A stretch of DNA of 64,000 nt from Trichoplax sp. H2 (lineage: Eukaryota): NCBI GenBank assembly GCA_003344405.1, contig NOWV01000166.1, forward strand, positions 1 through 64,000, written 5' to 3'. The position numbers were made by a program, and so were the translations under genes. The notes below the pieces were generated by a model. It was not told the origin of the DNA and searched no databases. It was given only the letters and a program-made list of their open reading frames with translations. Every line of letters begins with the position of its first letter. The first letter of the stretch is position 1. Shown piece by piece: positions 50,201 to 63,262 of this stretch.

Positions 50201-53200
50201 TCAAATCTAGCAGAACACGACGCTATCAAAAATACAACAAAACAAAGTCCTAACATATCACTCAATGATGAGTATAATCATATTACAAGTTCGAGTAATG
50301 ATAGTGTAGAAGTGACACCAAGCCAATCTAAATTAGATAGCTCCGACTTAGGTGACTCTTACACTCGGAGTCAGAACTCAGACTCTATTGCTGAGGAAAT
50401 TTCAAACGAAAGTAAATCGATATCTACAACAAACGAGGGTACTCAAGAAAATGATGAAATGTTTGGAGATTTGCATTCTATTAACTCTTTAGCTAGTGTT
50501 CCACTGGAGAACGAATCATCTCAGAAAGAGATTAACTCCGGAAAAGCTTCGAATTCTATCCCGTCAGAATATGCTAATAGCACGTTTGAATCTTCTGAAC
50601 CAAGTACGTTGCATACGGCCTCTGCCTCTAGTCAGGCAATACAGGAAAGCCTCGACGAGATTTCAGCTTCAAAAAAATTTAGTGATAAGCAATATTCAAG
50701 CGCAGCTTTGGCGAACAAATCAGCCAACAGTTATTCTTCTTACTCAAATACTTTCGTTAGCAGTGAAGACGAAGCTTCTGCTAACGAGTCTCAAACGACA
50801 ACAGAAACTGCGTCTGATCTCAGCGATATTGAGGGAAGAATACGAAAATTAGCTACGGAATTACAGCTACGTCGACAAATTGCAAAAGATTTAATTAAAG
50901 AGAAAAAAAAATTAGAGAAAGATAGACTAAGGAAGCAGGAAGAACAACTTCGCGCAGAATTAAATAAAGTAGAGACCTTTATTAGCAAAGTTAAGTCAGA
51001 AATTTCGGATAAATCTCAGGAATTTGCACATTCAAGTGTAGTTAAACCCCCCACAAATGCAGCGTTGGAGCAGAAATTGGTCAATCTTAATAAGAGTCTC
51101 AGTGAACGTAAAAAGGCGTCAAAAGTTATATCTAATGTTTCTGTACCGATTCAGACACAACTTCAATCTAGTGAAGAGAACAGTTATTCGTCGATTCAGT
51201 CTCATAATAATATGTCCAAGAAATCTGGTAATGGTAAGTAATCCTTCAGCAATGTAAATAATTCTGTTGATACTCTTATTAACCGAAATTTAAACTATTT
51301 TTCTGATTAATAGAGAATACAGGATCAAGCACGCAAAAATCAGTATCTCCTCTGTCTATTGAGGATAATTTAGAAGCTAGTTTATCTGATGTTGATATTA
51401 AATCAAATTTAATAATAAATGCTAAAAGTAATGATTCGGAAGATAAGCATGTCGTTGCCGAAATGCCAAGAAATGATCAACCACAAGATAATGAACTCGA
51501 AAAAGCGCTTTCTGAAGTTGGTAATAGCGATATTACAAGATCATCAAGTGGGACAGTTACTCCTCATTCTGATGTCAATTCAAGCGTTCCCTCTTCCATA
51601 GATAATATTCAGCACGACATGATTATAATTGAGAGGCATACAGAAGATGACAGTAGCGGTAAAATGTCTAAAACCTCGGCTAGAAAGAGTCAGGACAACA
51701 TTTCGGTATCATCAAGTAGGACTGTAACTCCTGTATTCGATGATAATAAGGATGAAGAGCACGATTACGTTGATTACTCAGACGATTGGGATGGATCTAC
51801 TGAAAATGCTACGCAACAACGGGGAGACGACAAGGACTTGTCCATTCTGGAAGATGAAGACATTTCGAAAGCCTCCAGTAATAAAAACGTCGTCAAACCT
51901 TCTGTGGACGAAATCTTAGAAGATGTATCAGATCGTTTTATAGCAGATTCTGCTGATACATCCGTAGAAGAAGACATAAAATCACAGGCATCCAATATCG
52001 ATGTTTCTTCGGCTTCAACTATTTCTGCTAATAGTCCCATTGGAGGTAATATAGAATTAAATGATCCACAAGATTCTTTCGCCTCCAATACTTACTCTAG
52101 TAGCAAAGCTTCAACAAATCTTAAGAGTAATAGGAGTACTTCACGCGTCGAAAGTATTTTAAACGATGCTCAAGGTGCAGAGAATGAGAAGAGTAATGAA
52201 ATATCGCCTAAACCTGATGCAGATGACTGGCACGAACCACCTATAGATTCAGAAAAATTAGATACATCTATATCTGAAGATATTTCAGAATCTATCGAAG
52301 ACGATACTTCCAATAAATCATCAGTAAGCATCGAAAAGGAAACGTTACGATACGGTGAGGACTTCCCCGCAGACGAAACCCCTGCTAATGTAATGCATAC
52401 AACATCTGATGTCGTTGGTAGTCTTTCTGATAAAAGTATTGATTCAGATGTGAAACAAGAAAGATCTGAATCGGCCTTGTCGCATAGTGCAGCTAGTGAT
52501 GAAGAAAACTCCTTAGAAAGTAATCGAAACTTAGATCCAATGATATCTAGGACACCTGATCATTCATCTCACGATGAGATTGATACTGAAATGGGGGATC
52601 TTTCTAATAAAGATTATCTTTCAGATAGCAATAAAGATAAAGAATTAGTAGATCCTTCACAAGATTTAGCAAGTAAGGAGGCAGAATATTCAGACACAAA
52701 CTATTTATCTGACGCCTTTTCTGGCATTTCTTCATCCGATATTGGTGAAAAGGATGATCAAACAATTGCTACTACGTCACGCGAATCATACCAATGGAAT
52801 AGTCTTGAAACTGTTACGACGAACATGACGGTAAATTTATTAGACGATGCATTGCTTGCAGTATTTAAGGTACGATTGTCGAAGGAAAGCCGTACCAAAG
52901 CACAGGAATCTGCCTCGCATGATCAAGAAGTAATGAGTGCTGAAAAACCGAATGTCTTACCGTTTCAATCCCAGACCGCTGCAATAGAAGATCTGAAAGG
53001 TGATGATATACCTTCCTTACTCAACTTATCTGATCTACCGGAACCTTCAGTACCTCGTAGTAAATTAAACGACTTGAAAAACTTTGATATGGAAGTAGAT
53101 GAGTTATACCATGATTTTGAGAATAACAGCCAAAATTATCAGGATTTCATCCACGAAGTCTTACCTGAAGATGAACCGACAGTTACACCTGAAACCAATC

Positions 53201-53820
53201 AGGAGGTAATTCAGTATTTTGTCCCGCATACGGAAGAGTACATTAAAGAAATTGTCTCTACAGCTACTGACCAAATTATTAGCCATCATAACTTGAATGG
53301 CGCTGATGTTGAAATAAAATGCCCGGAAAATTTTAACTATAATGAAACTGACATTAAGGCTGATACCGAGTTTGAAAAATCTAGCCTTCGTTCATATCAT
53401 GTGATGATTTTTGACTTAGTCAAAGAAATCCTAGATGAATATTATGATTACAATAAAAATGCAAATGTCAATTTACCTTTGTGGATGAAGCCTAAACGCC
53501 TTCGGTTACCAGCCCGTCTGCGTGGTACTCCTTTGAATGCAAGTAATAAAACTATAAAAGAACATACAATTGGCTACGTAGTAGAACTCCTTAAACTTAA
53601 AACTGGAAAAGGTTCAGTTTCAAAGAAAAATTTAAAAAAAGACTTGGTGGATTCTATATTAGCACAAGAATTGGCCGAAGAGGAACCTGACTGGATTGAT
53701 TACGACAAGGATGAAACGTGCGTAAAAATGCAAGTAGCCGACTCTATACTGTCGAGCTTGCTAGAAGAAACATCTTCCATATTTAAAAATACTAAATGCA
53801 TGACCGATGTATACGAGTAG
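41236..53820 (+). CDS. CEP350: Centrosome-associated protein 350 homolog, multi-exon, start codon tentative
   Basis: CEP350-like blocks occur in order: RKIATAPAPPNYKGFN, ITPYSWREG, RHYDQKEVQEY, RLSPADLERRLHAELQYLESIDESVRQLSQVE...AQQETVSLAQILK, FTKYMVQQYMKEE...KGEDDKMPMLRKRQR, SDIEGRIRKL, and C-terminal VDSILAQELAEEEPDWIDYDKDETCVKMQVADSI (DUF4378-type). First exons 41236-41299, 41542-41586 and 41929 onward splice in frame. Confidence 0.9.
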
Positions 53821-55086
53821 AGTGATCTATTTTAAGACGAGTTGAAAATAATAAAAACACTGTAAGCAATTTATTCTACTGCAGCCCAAGATATAATTGT
53901 TCTATTAGAGAAATTAGTTCACCAACTGTTGATGAAAATTAATTTACGTATGTACGGGTCTATTGATTGCAATTATTGTCCAACGAAACTGTTTTGATTA
54001 TTGATTTATGATCGAATGACAAATGATAGAATTTTTAAGTTGTTTATAAGTGTTTGCGACTTCTGTTGATAATTTGTGATTGTCCACTAGCGAAGGAGTA
54101 TTTTTTACGACTATTGTACAGGGTCTTCTCAAATTTTAAAATTTAATTTATATGATTTGACACTTTTGCCAAAACACAGCTTTACCGCCTGTAATTAATA
54201 TGATGCCACCTTCCTGTAGCTTTGATAGTATTTTAATGTAAATACGAATACACACGTACGTAAATTATTTTACGCTTATATACAGAAAACGAACATACTG
54301 TACTTGTATACCGTATACTACGAATATATTATTATTATCTATGTATATATATATAATACGTAACAATCAATTAAAATGAGGCACGTAGCCGAAATCCAAG
54401 AAAAACTGCTAATGCTGAGATGGTAGTGATTGAGTCTTGCGAAATCAAAGACAAATTCAGTCGCTATTTCTATCTTTAAGTAAATTTTTAGCATATAAAT
54501 AAACTAAAGGAGTAAAATTTATTGATGTCTCGAAAATACTGATTCTTTCCAAACTGAAACATCATTAGAAGAATAGTAACAGCCAGGCGTTGGAAATATT
54601 GTATTTAAGTAATTTACGCCCAGTTTGATGCAGTAGAGGTTGGAATAATTAACCATTTTTGTTTCCATAGTTTACGGGACAAACTTTGTAATGCTTTGGA
54701 ACAAATTTAATAGCAGGGATTTGTATCAGGAAGAAAGTAGACAGAAATCGAGATTCAGCGTGAACTATGTATTACTCATAGTCGCTAAATACAGTAGTTT
54801 AAGATCGCAACCACCTAAGCTCAAGGTAGATTCAGTGACACAGAAGATTGTCAAGTTATAATATTGTAGTCAGCGACTCTACTTAAGCAGAAGTTGCTGG
54901 ATGGAAGTCGGTGGCAGCAGTCCTATCACTGCGGTAGGCATACGACATGTTTGAATAGCGGAAACAGAGATAGATTTCCTACTGGAATTGATTAATCCAC
55001 GATGGCAGTCTTTTATGGGATCGCTCTCATGCTAGGCGTAGTACAGTATTTGTAGTGAATATTTCTGCTCAGTTAGTAACCCATGA

Positions 55087-55117
55087 GCATGGACTAACAT
55101 ATTTTAGTAGTCCATGC
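55087..55117. mobile_element. 31 bp palindromic MITE-like element with perfect 5-bp TSD (CATGA)
   Basis: CATGA|GCATGGACTA-acatattttag-TAGTCCATGC|CATGA. Confidence 0.7.
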
Positions 55118-55182
55118 CATGACTGCAGATGAGCGGAGTAGTAGTTGAGCACTGGCTTGCTCCTTCTTTGTGTCCTCATTTC

Positions 55183-55592
55183 GCAAAGCACGAAGCATGC
55201 GCATTAAGCGTAATCCCTGTGATCATGGTAGTCTCTCTGCAGTCCATCCCTGACTCCATACAGTATGCTGAGTACAGTGTAGTCATTCTGCAAAGCACGA
55301 AGCATGCGCATTAAGCGTAATCCCAGCGATCATGGTAGTCTCTCTGCAGTCCGTCCCTGACTCCATACAGTACTGAGTACAGTGAGTAGACTGAGTACAG
55401 TTGTAATCATTCTGCATAGCACGAAGCATGCGCATTAAGCGTAATCCCAGTGATCATGGCAGTCTCTCTGCAGTCCGTCCCTGACTCCATACAATACACT
55501 GAGTATAGTGTAGTCATTCTACAAAGCACGAAGCATGCGCATTAAGCGTAATCCCAGTGATCATGGCAGTCTCTCTGCAGTCCGTCCCTGAC
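55183..55592. repeat. Tandem repeat, ~107 bp unit, about 3.7 copies, upstream of AP3M
   Basis: GCAAAGCACGAAGCATGCGCATTAAGCGTAATCCC...CTCTCTGCAGTCCGTCCCTGACT starts at 55183, 55290, 55414 and 55521. Confidence 0.93.
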
Positions 55593-55884
55593 TTCATACC
55601 GGAGCGCGGACTCGTCGTTGACGTCATAGCTGAGATAGAGAGTACATTCACTACAGTATTCAGTATTTCACGTTCGTATACTGACCATTTTGTTTTCTTT
55701 TTTTTTACTTGCTTTGTAGAGTACTTTGGCTGCTGTTCTAGACCATATTGTCGTGCTCAACTGGATGACTGCAACAGAAACTGATTTCAGAAGAGAAATC
55801 AAGAGTCTCAGCCGCGAAGACTGACGCTACGTCAAACGGTCAGACGACGACGTAGACCTGTGCAGCCAAGGAAAGAAGGAAGCC

Positions 55885-58800
55885 ATGATTCACAGCTTGT
55901 TCATCCTGAATAAAAATTGGTATAGCAATCGTAGCTTAAAATTATTGAATAATACTATTACACTAAAAGTTAACTTATTTACTTTACAACTGTGCCATGG
56001 CTTGAAAATACGATAGTAATGGATGAGTCTTGACGCATTGATGTATTATTGAAAGCAATCATGACTACCATAAGCTAATCCTACAGCGAATGGACGATAG
56101 ATGAATCATAATAGCATTACCACTACAGTATAATAAAATACTTGATTCCTTTATTAAGTACGGTGTTTATTGGTATAAAATTTCGCTATAAACTAATATT
56201 TCTCGAAAATATTGACCCAATAAACTTGTAGCGAAGTGTTCTTCGAAAAGCACTGGAAAAGTGTGGTCAGTCGTTCTGTTTGCGATCACTTTCTTGAAGC
56301 ATTAAACCAGGTAAAATTAAAAGTAGGATCGTAAATAGAGAGAGACACGCAGTACTGACTTGATATTGAAATCGGTGTCATCAAAATGAAATAATTGTAT
56401 TTTATAACCAAAGAAACACTAGTGCAAGTAAGCAATACAATCCATTTTTGCTTCTATTTCCTTTTGTTTTTAGGCTTCTTCGCCAGATGATGTTCCCACG
56501 GCTATCGGTGCTCCACGTCATATATTAATTAATATATACCGGAATAAATTATTCTTCATCGCAGTAGTCCAAGGCGAAGGTAACTATCATACGATTTCAA
56601 GTTACTAACAAGTTGATGATACAACTTTCCCTTTTTTTTATCATCTAGCGTTTTTGCCACTGCTTTTTATCAACTAACCGATTGTTTTTTGCTGTTACAT
56701 TGCTAGTACCTCCTCTATTTGTTATCGAATTTCTTCATCGTGTCGTCGATACCATCACGGACTATTTCTCTAGCTGTACCGAATTGACCATCAAAGATAA
56801 TAGTGTGGTAGTCTTTGAGGTATTCATGGCATCAATTTTCACTCTCGAAATATTATCGAAGAGATCTGTTTTTGCAAAAATTTCAGTCGATACTTAGATT
56901 TATGCCTATCGAAAGCGAAACGGATGATACTGTATGTACTGTTTTTGAAACATGAGTGCAGTGATATTCGTCATAAAATGCTATCAGTCATATAAATGTA
57001 TCTGTGTTGTTCATCTTCTACCAATTACATCCAAATAATTACGTTCCATAGATCTTGCTACACTTCTTATCGCATGTCATAGCGAAAATGATAATCGTAC
57101 GCTGTTGGATAGATGAAATATGGAGTTCAACTTCAAATCTATGGAAACGATTATAAGTTATTATACAATATTTAGTATTACTCAATTAATCCTATTGTGT
57201 ATTTCAACACGATTTAGACCTCATACCTTAAAGTATACTTGACGATATTAAAAAATTTTAATTTATTACAATTCGATAAAGACTCTGCTCTGCTGCCGTA
57301 TAAAATTTAAATTTATCCAAACACGACACTAATTCGCATGTTTTTGTACGATCCGCGAATTATTTCCATTACATAAATCTATTTTGCCTTCTTTAGATTC
57401 TAGAAGAAATGTTAGATAATGGTTATCCTTTAGCAACGGAATTAAATGTCTTGAAAGAGCTTATAAAGCCACCAAGTATTGTAAGAAATGTCATGAATAC
57501 CGTTACAGGAAGCACAAAGTAAATATCAAAAATAAATGATAATTTTAAAGATAAACTGGTTATAGTAATAAATGATCTAATTTGATATTTATATCTGTAT
57601 CGCAATAAATGTATCCATTTCTAAATTACTTATTAAGTGTTGGCGGTCAGCTTCCAACTGGACAATTGTCGAATGTTCCTTGGCGTAAAGTAGGCGTAAA
57701 GTATACTAATAACGAGGTAATTGAAAGATTCTATATCTAATAAACTATTTCTATGATCTTACTAGCAAATCGTCAACAGAGCTATATATTGATGATCTAA
57801 AATACAAAGGCATAACAAACCCTGCTTAAAATATAATGGTATATTTGGTTATGTGTTAATTTACTAGGTTTACTTCGATTTTGTTGAAGAACTGGATGTA
57901 ATAATAGATAAAACGGTAATAGAAACATTATTTCTGTAGGCTTTACTTTTCTTAGTTTACAGCAGATGTCATTCATTAATAGCATCCTAGACCTTGCATT
58001 TTGTTTACACCTTATCCTCTAACCTTCCGTCGCAAAAACAATGATTAATTTGCATTCTTTAGGGTACCACTGTTTTCGCTGAAGTAAATGGAGCGGTAAG
58101 CCAATGGAAAGCTGAGCTGCACAGTACTGTATTTGATGTTATAGTAACTAAAAATATTAAATTTGTACTATCTAGATAAAATGCCAATGCAAATTGTCGG
58201 GAATGCCAGGTACGATACGATAACCATTAGTTATAGATACATACACTCATATACTTACATTCGGTAACGAAGAATTACATTGAAACATACATCTTATTTG
58301 AAATATCTCTTGATCCTTCTGTTCAATAATGTTAAATTTTTTATAGATCTAGTCATGACGTTTACCAATCCACGTATGTTTGATGATTTGAGCTTTCACC
58401 CATGTATAAGATACAGAAGATGGGAGGTAATATTATTTTTATTGTAGCTTATTTTATTTCATTAAATGCCTACATTGAAGATATGATATACGGTATTATC
58501 TTTCAAATGTTGTAATAGAACGAACGGGTAGTTTCATTTGTACCTCCAGACGGTAACTTTCAATTGCTATCATACCGGTTGGGAACAAACAGGTACCAGT
58601 TTATTTCATGCCGCAGCTTAAATTATGATTGGTAATCGTCTCCTAAAACTTTAGAATTGCTTATATTTATTTATCTTATAATAATGCTTCAGTGTCGTCG
58701 CTATTCCCGTGTATGTAAAACCGACAATCTCGTTTCAAGGGGTAAAACTTTAGAAATACGAGAACTTTGAATAATAATGAAAAAATTTACTGTCTTGAAA

Positions 58801-59759
58801 ATGTCTTGTATTATAATTTAATGGCGTATGTATTTGTATCAGTCATCCGGCAGATTTGAAATAACTGTGGGTCCAAAACAGACGATGGGGAAAGTAGTAA
58901 GTTTAAGAATAATTTTTATCTGAAATTAGATTTAATATTGATCTTTCCGTTGTTGTTTTTGTAAGGTTGAGAACGTAGCTATCTCGATGACTGTTCCCAA
59001 AGTAGTATCGAATGTAGTGCTTTCTAATAACCCAGGTAGAATTGATAATGCACGTATCACGTCTGTTAAAGTGCTATCTTGTGATTATGATGAGCAATCT
59101 AAACTTACTGTCGGATTTTTTTTATTATCTAGAGGGCAATTTTACTTATGATCCAGTTAGCAAAACCATGCGCTGGGAGGTTAGTTTTTACACCCCACCT
59201 GAGGATTAGCTCAGAAATTGTGTTTTAAATTCGAGTAATTAATATTATAATTATTATCTTCCAGATTGGTAAAGTAATGCATCAGAAAATCTCTACAATT
59301 CGTGGAAGTGTAAGATCAGATTATATATATATACGCCTTATGATTGTTGAAAAGGTTATGCATCATTGAATTTGAAACTTCCAACCCGATTTTCTCTATA
59401 GATGCCATTGCAAAGTGGGGCAAGTGCTCCTGATTCGAATCCTACCATATTGGTAAGCCAAGCAATGTTTTTTAAGTCAATGTTTTTACGTTTCATTCCA
59501 ACTAATACGAGACATCATTCTTTTATTAGGTTGAATTTAAAGTTAATCAACTAGCAATTTCAAATATTAAAGTTAACCGTTTGGACATTTACGGAGAGGT
59601 AATAGTATTAAAGCATTTTAATAGCAACATTTGCTGAAGCAGACATTTAATGTACATCAGCTAATTATATAATTATTAATCTATTCCTTGCAGAAATACA
59701 AAGCTTTTAAAGGCGTAAAATATATAACAAAAGCTGGTAAATTTCAAGTACGGACATAA
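55885..59759 (+). CDS. AP3M1: AP-3 complex subunit mu (AP3M1/AP3M2 co-ortholog), 19 coding exons
   Basis: MIHSLFILN, EKHWKSVVSRSVCDHF, VPPLFVIEFLHRV, EEMLDNGYPLATE, VPWRKVGVKYTNNEVYFDF, KLSGMPDL, SFHPCIRYRRWE, FVPPDGNF, FKGVKYITKAGKFQVRT-stop. All junctions are GT-AG and in frame. Confidence 0.96.
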
Positions 59760-60139
59760 ATGAAATTTTTTGTTGCTGTCTTACATGCTTAAAACTTGGA
59801 GCAAGCTTGCGAATTAGCGATTCAATTTGCTACCTTGTACTGTTACATCCCTGATTGGTACGTTAGAAGTACGACAACTACAAATCCAGACACAAAATAA
59901 TTGTCGTCGAAAGTCCACAGATTTAGATATAATAAAATTAATTGCTGTATTATACGCAAATGATAGCGTCTGTTACTAATAAACAATAATATAAAATTAT
60001 ACATTTATGTTGAAATGGAATACTCTATTATATCCTAATCTCATCAATATCTCTTTACGGATTTAGATTGTCTTACATCATATTTTCTATAGCTTATTAC
60101 GTCATTAGCAGTATATTTGTATGTATTTAGAAAATAAGA

Positions 60140-62893
60140 TCAAGTCGATGCCAATTTGTTAATGATCTTTTTAGCAACTTGGAAATACGCCTCTGCCTGA
60201 AGTAAAAAGTGTAACTTGTATTGATAGATTGTATCTTTCTACATAAAATTGAATGGATTGTTACAAATATCATGCAAAGAAACTGACCTCTGTGCTATCA
60301 GGATTTAAAACCGTAATTGGTGTACCGTGATCAGATGTTTCACGAATGCGTAATGTTAAAGGAATATCTCCTATCATGGTATGAAAGCAACAGGATTAGT
60401 GGACATTGGCAAATAAGAAAAACTTTAGCTATGCATAAATAATTATTATCGATATACTGTAATTGATTCACCTATCGTTTCTATTTTCATTTCATCTGCA
60501 ACTGCATGAGCACCATCATGGCCGAAAATGTGAGAGACATGGCCACACTTTGGACACTGATAAGAGCTCATATTTTGCACTAATCCTAATATCTAGTCAC
60601 CGCAATAGTAGAATGAATGAAAGTAAACAATAGAATTCGGGTTCAGAACCCTTCACTGTTTCACAAATTTAATACTAACAGGAACATTCACTTTACGAAA
60701 CATTTCGGTTCCTCTGCGTACATCCATTAATGCTATGTCCTGAGGTGTAGATACAATGACCGCACCTACAATTTTAAGCATGGGCATATTCAAATAGATT
60801 CACAACAGGAATTCTTGTTTACTTTACTCATATCAGAAATCAGCACTCTCGTAGATGATCGCTTGCCTGTCACAGGAACCAATTGACTTATTGAGAGTTG
60901 GGTGTCTCCTGTTCCAGGTGGCATATCGATAACTAAGACGTCTAATTTATTCCATGCGACGGTATATAACAGCTTTTGAATGGCAGACATAACCTGATCC
61001 ATTACAAATCATACGTTTCAGCATATGAATGACAATGTTGACCTCGTTATAAGACTTATCATTTATGGGCAAATACGTTGTGTACCATCAATCCTCGCCA
61101 AATAATTGGAGCACCATCATCAATCAAAAAGCCCATTGACATGCTGCAAAAAATCATAGCAGTGTGATATATTAGCGAGACTTAGAGGACCAGCTTTCAG
61201 TTGATGATTTAATAATATGTTGTTTCATAAATATGAAGTACTTACCAAGGTATCTCATAATTGACTAACGGTACCATCAGTCCATCTAAAATTAAACATT
61301 GAAAGTATAAGATAAAACACTATGTATCTATCAACTAGATAACTTTCTTCATCCTCAGTGAAAGTAAATCCTGTACATACGGGTATACATCCGACAGCCA
61401 AGCTATTTTGGGTAGAACTTTTATAATGCATTAAACGCTACACTTACCTGTTGTAAGTCGAGGATTCCCATTTAAATTCATTAACCGCGGTATTGACGGT
61501 CCAAATACATCTGCATCTAATAATCCTATAGTCAGCGACTGCAAATGATTATGTTACAGAGAAGATCATTACTAGCAAGTATATCTCCACGGAAATAACG
61601 GGGGAACTTTAAATTTCAATGAGGACTAATTATTCACCAAATTGACATATCTTAACGGATAGAATTACCTTTTTTACGTGTTTCATTCCTAGAGCAAGGT
61701 TTACTATGCAAGTATATTGAAGGATAGTTTTAGTGTATGAGAATGACTAGACTACATTTAGTCCAACCTATCAGCTTACATGCAAGAATTTTCAATGGTG
61801 AGAACATAAAATAGTTGAGATTATACCTGCAGTTGTTGATTTTCCGACACCTCCTTTACCAGATGCAACAACCACTACTTTTTCGACACCTGGAATCGGT
61901 TTTTGCTTTGGTAAACCTCTAGCAGTAAGTTTACGTTGTCTGTCTGCTTCTACTTTTGACTTTTCGGTATCTCTAATCCCCTGCGATTTTAGATTGTATT
62001 AACAGTGTAATTGCACATACAAGATGTACTTATACACTACAAGATAACTGTCTTGTAGTAGCAACGATAGCATACTCCTCGTACGCTGGCTATCGTGATC
62101 TACCGAAGATAGATTTTACAAACGGCACTACCTAATATTGTTTATTTTTAAGGCTGTCATTGAAAGCTTTAATAGGCATTTATTTAGACATCTATTAAGT
62201 GTATTGATGCAGTTGTGATTATATATGCAAAATATACTGCCTAGGTCATATTCTTAGCTTGTAAAGTTATGATTACGTTCTCATTATACCATGTTCATAT
62301 CATCATTAATAGGCTCCTTATATGAATATTTGATGTTCTAGCTACTAAGTTGCAACATGTTGCGTAGCTTCTTGTTACCTACCAGTGGATTATCGTGAGA
62401 TAATAAAGAACCATTGGTATATAGCAGTCGGTAGTTTTTCATTACAGTCTGGTTTATTCTACCCATTACGAAATGACTCTTTAAGCTAATAGAAATTAAT
62501 CAATCATTACATTTCATATACAGTCCAGCATCAAATACCAGATGATAGCAGTTGATACACAAGAGGAAAAAACTCATCCACTAGAGCTCAGTATGCCGCT
62601 GATGAGCTGCTTTACCTAGTAAGGGCCATCATTTCAACTATCCACTTCCCCATGACAACAAGCAATGATAGTCTTTCGTTAGCATAAAGATAGGCGGCAG
62701 AGTATCGCTTCTAATTTGATTGTGTCTCTCCACATTCAGACATCTATTTACGAGTTTCAATTCTACTATGCAATCCTTCTGACTAATTCGTCGATGGTAA
62801 ATACAGAACGCAAATGCAATTATTAACCCGAGTGCTAATGCAAGATTTGCATATGGATTTGCAGAATGTGCTTACCGACATGCGGACGGACAT
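60140..62893 (-). CDS. NUBPL: Mitochondrial Fe-S P-loop NTPase NUBPL/Ind1, about 12 coding exons
   Basis: [71 protein letters not shown]...CPKC. The two 5' exons (62876-62893, 62049-62099), which give a presequence, are tentative. Confidence 0.94.
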
Positions 62894-63248
62894 GCCGCCG
62901 AGGTCAGACCATAGAAAAGTACAGTACCATCAGTCCATCAACCGGGCATACCGTACAGTACATTACATTGTAACAAATTTCAATTTTAACAGCTTTTACT
63001 ATAGAGAAAATGAAAGGGATCGACAGTAATTCGATGCACACCACTGTACTGTACACTGTACGGTATTGTACTATACAGTACAGTGTACTGCAACAGTACA
63101 GATAATGGACATCTTATACAGTATAGCAACCCATACATGATCCTCTGACTCACTACACAGTACCAAGTCTTTACCGGCTAATTTTACTAATATAGATGTT
63201 GTACAATATAGCAGTTCAGACAAAAGCGACTAGTACATGTTTTTGTTG

Positions 63249-63262
63249 GTTGCTATAGTAAC
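63249..63262. promoter_or_regulatory. RFX X-box-like palindrome
   Basis: GTTGCTATAGTAAC matches GTTRCYATRGYAAC and lies next to a TACTGTA-rich tract in the region upstream of NUBPL. Confidence 0.55.

Noticed and set aside
56561-56574. Apparent right TIR (AGTAGTCCAAGG) of the mini-element family
   Set aside because: It lies in AP3M coding exon 3 (AVVQGE) and has no matching left TIR or TSD.
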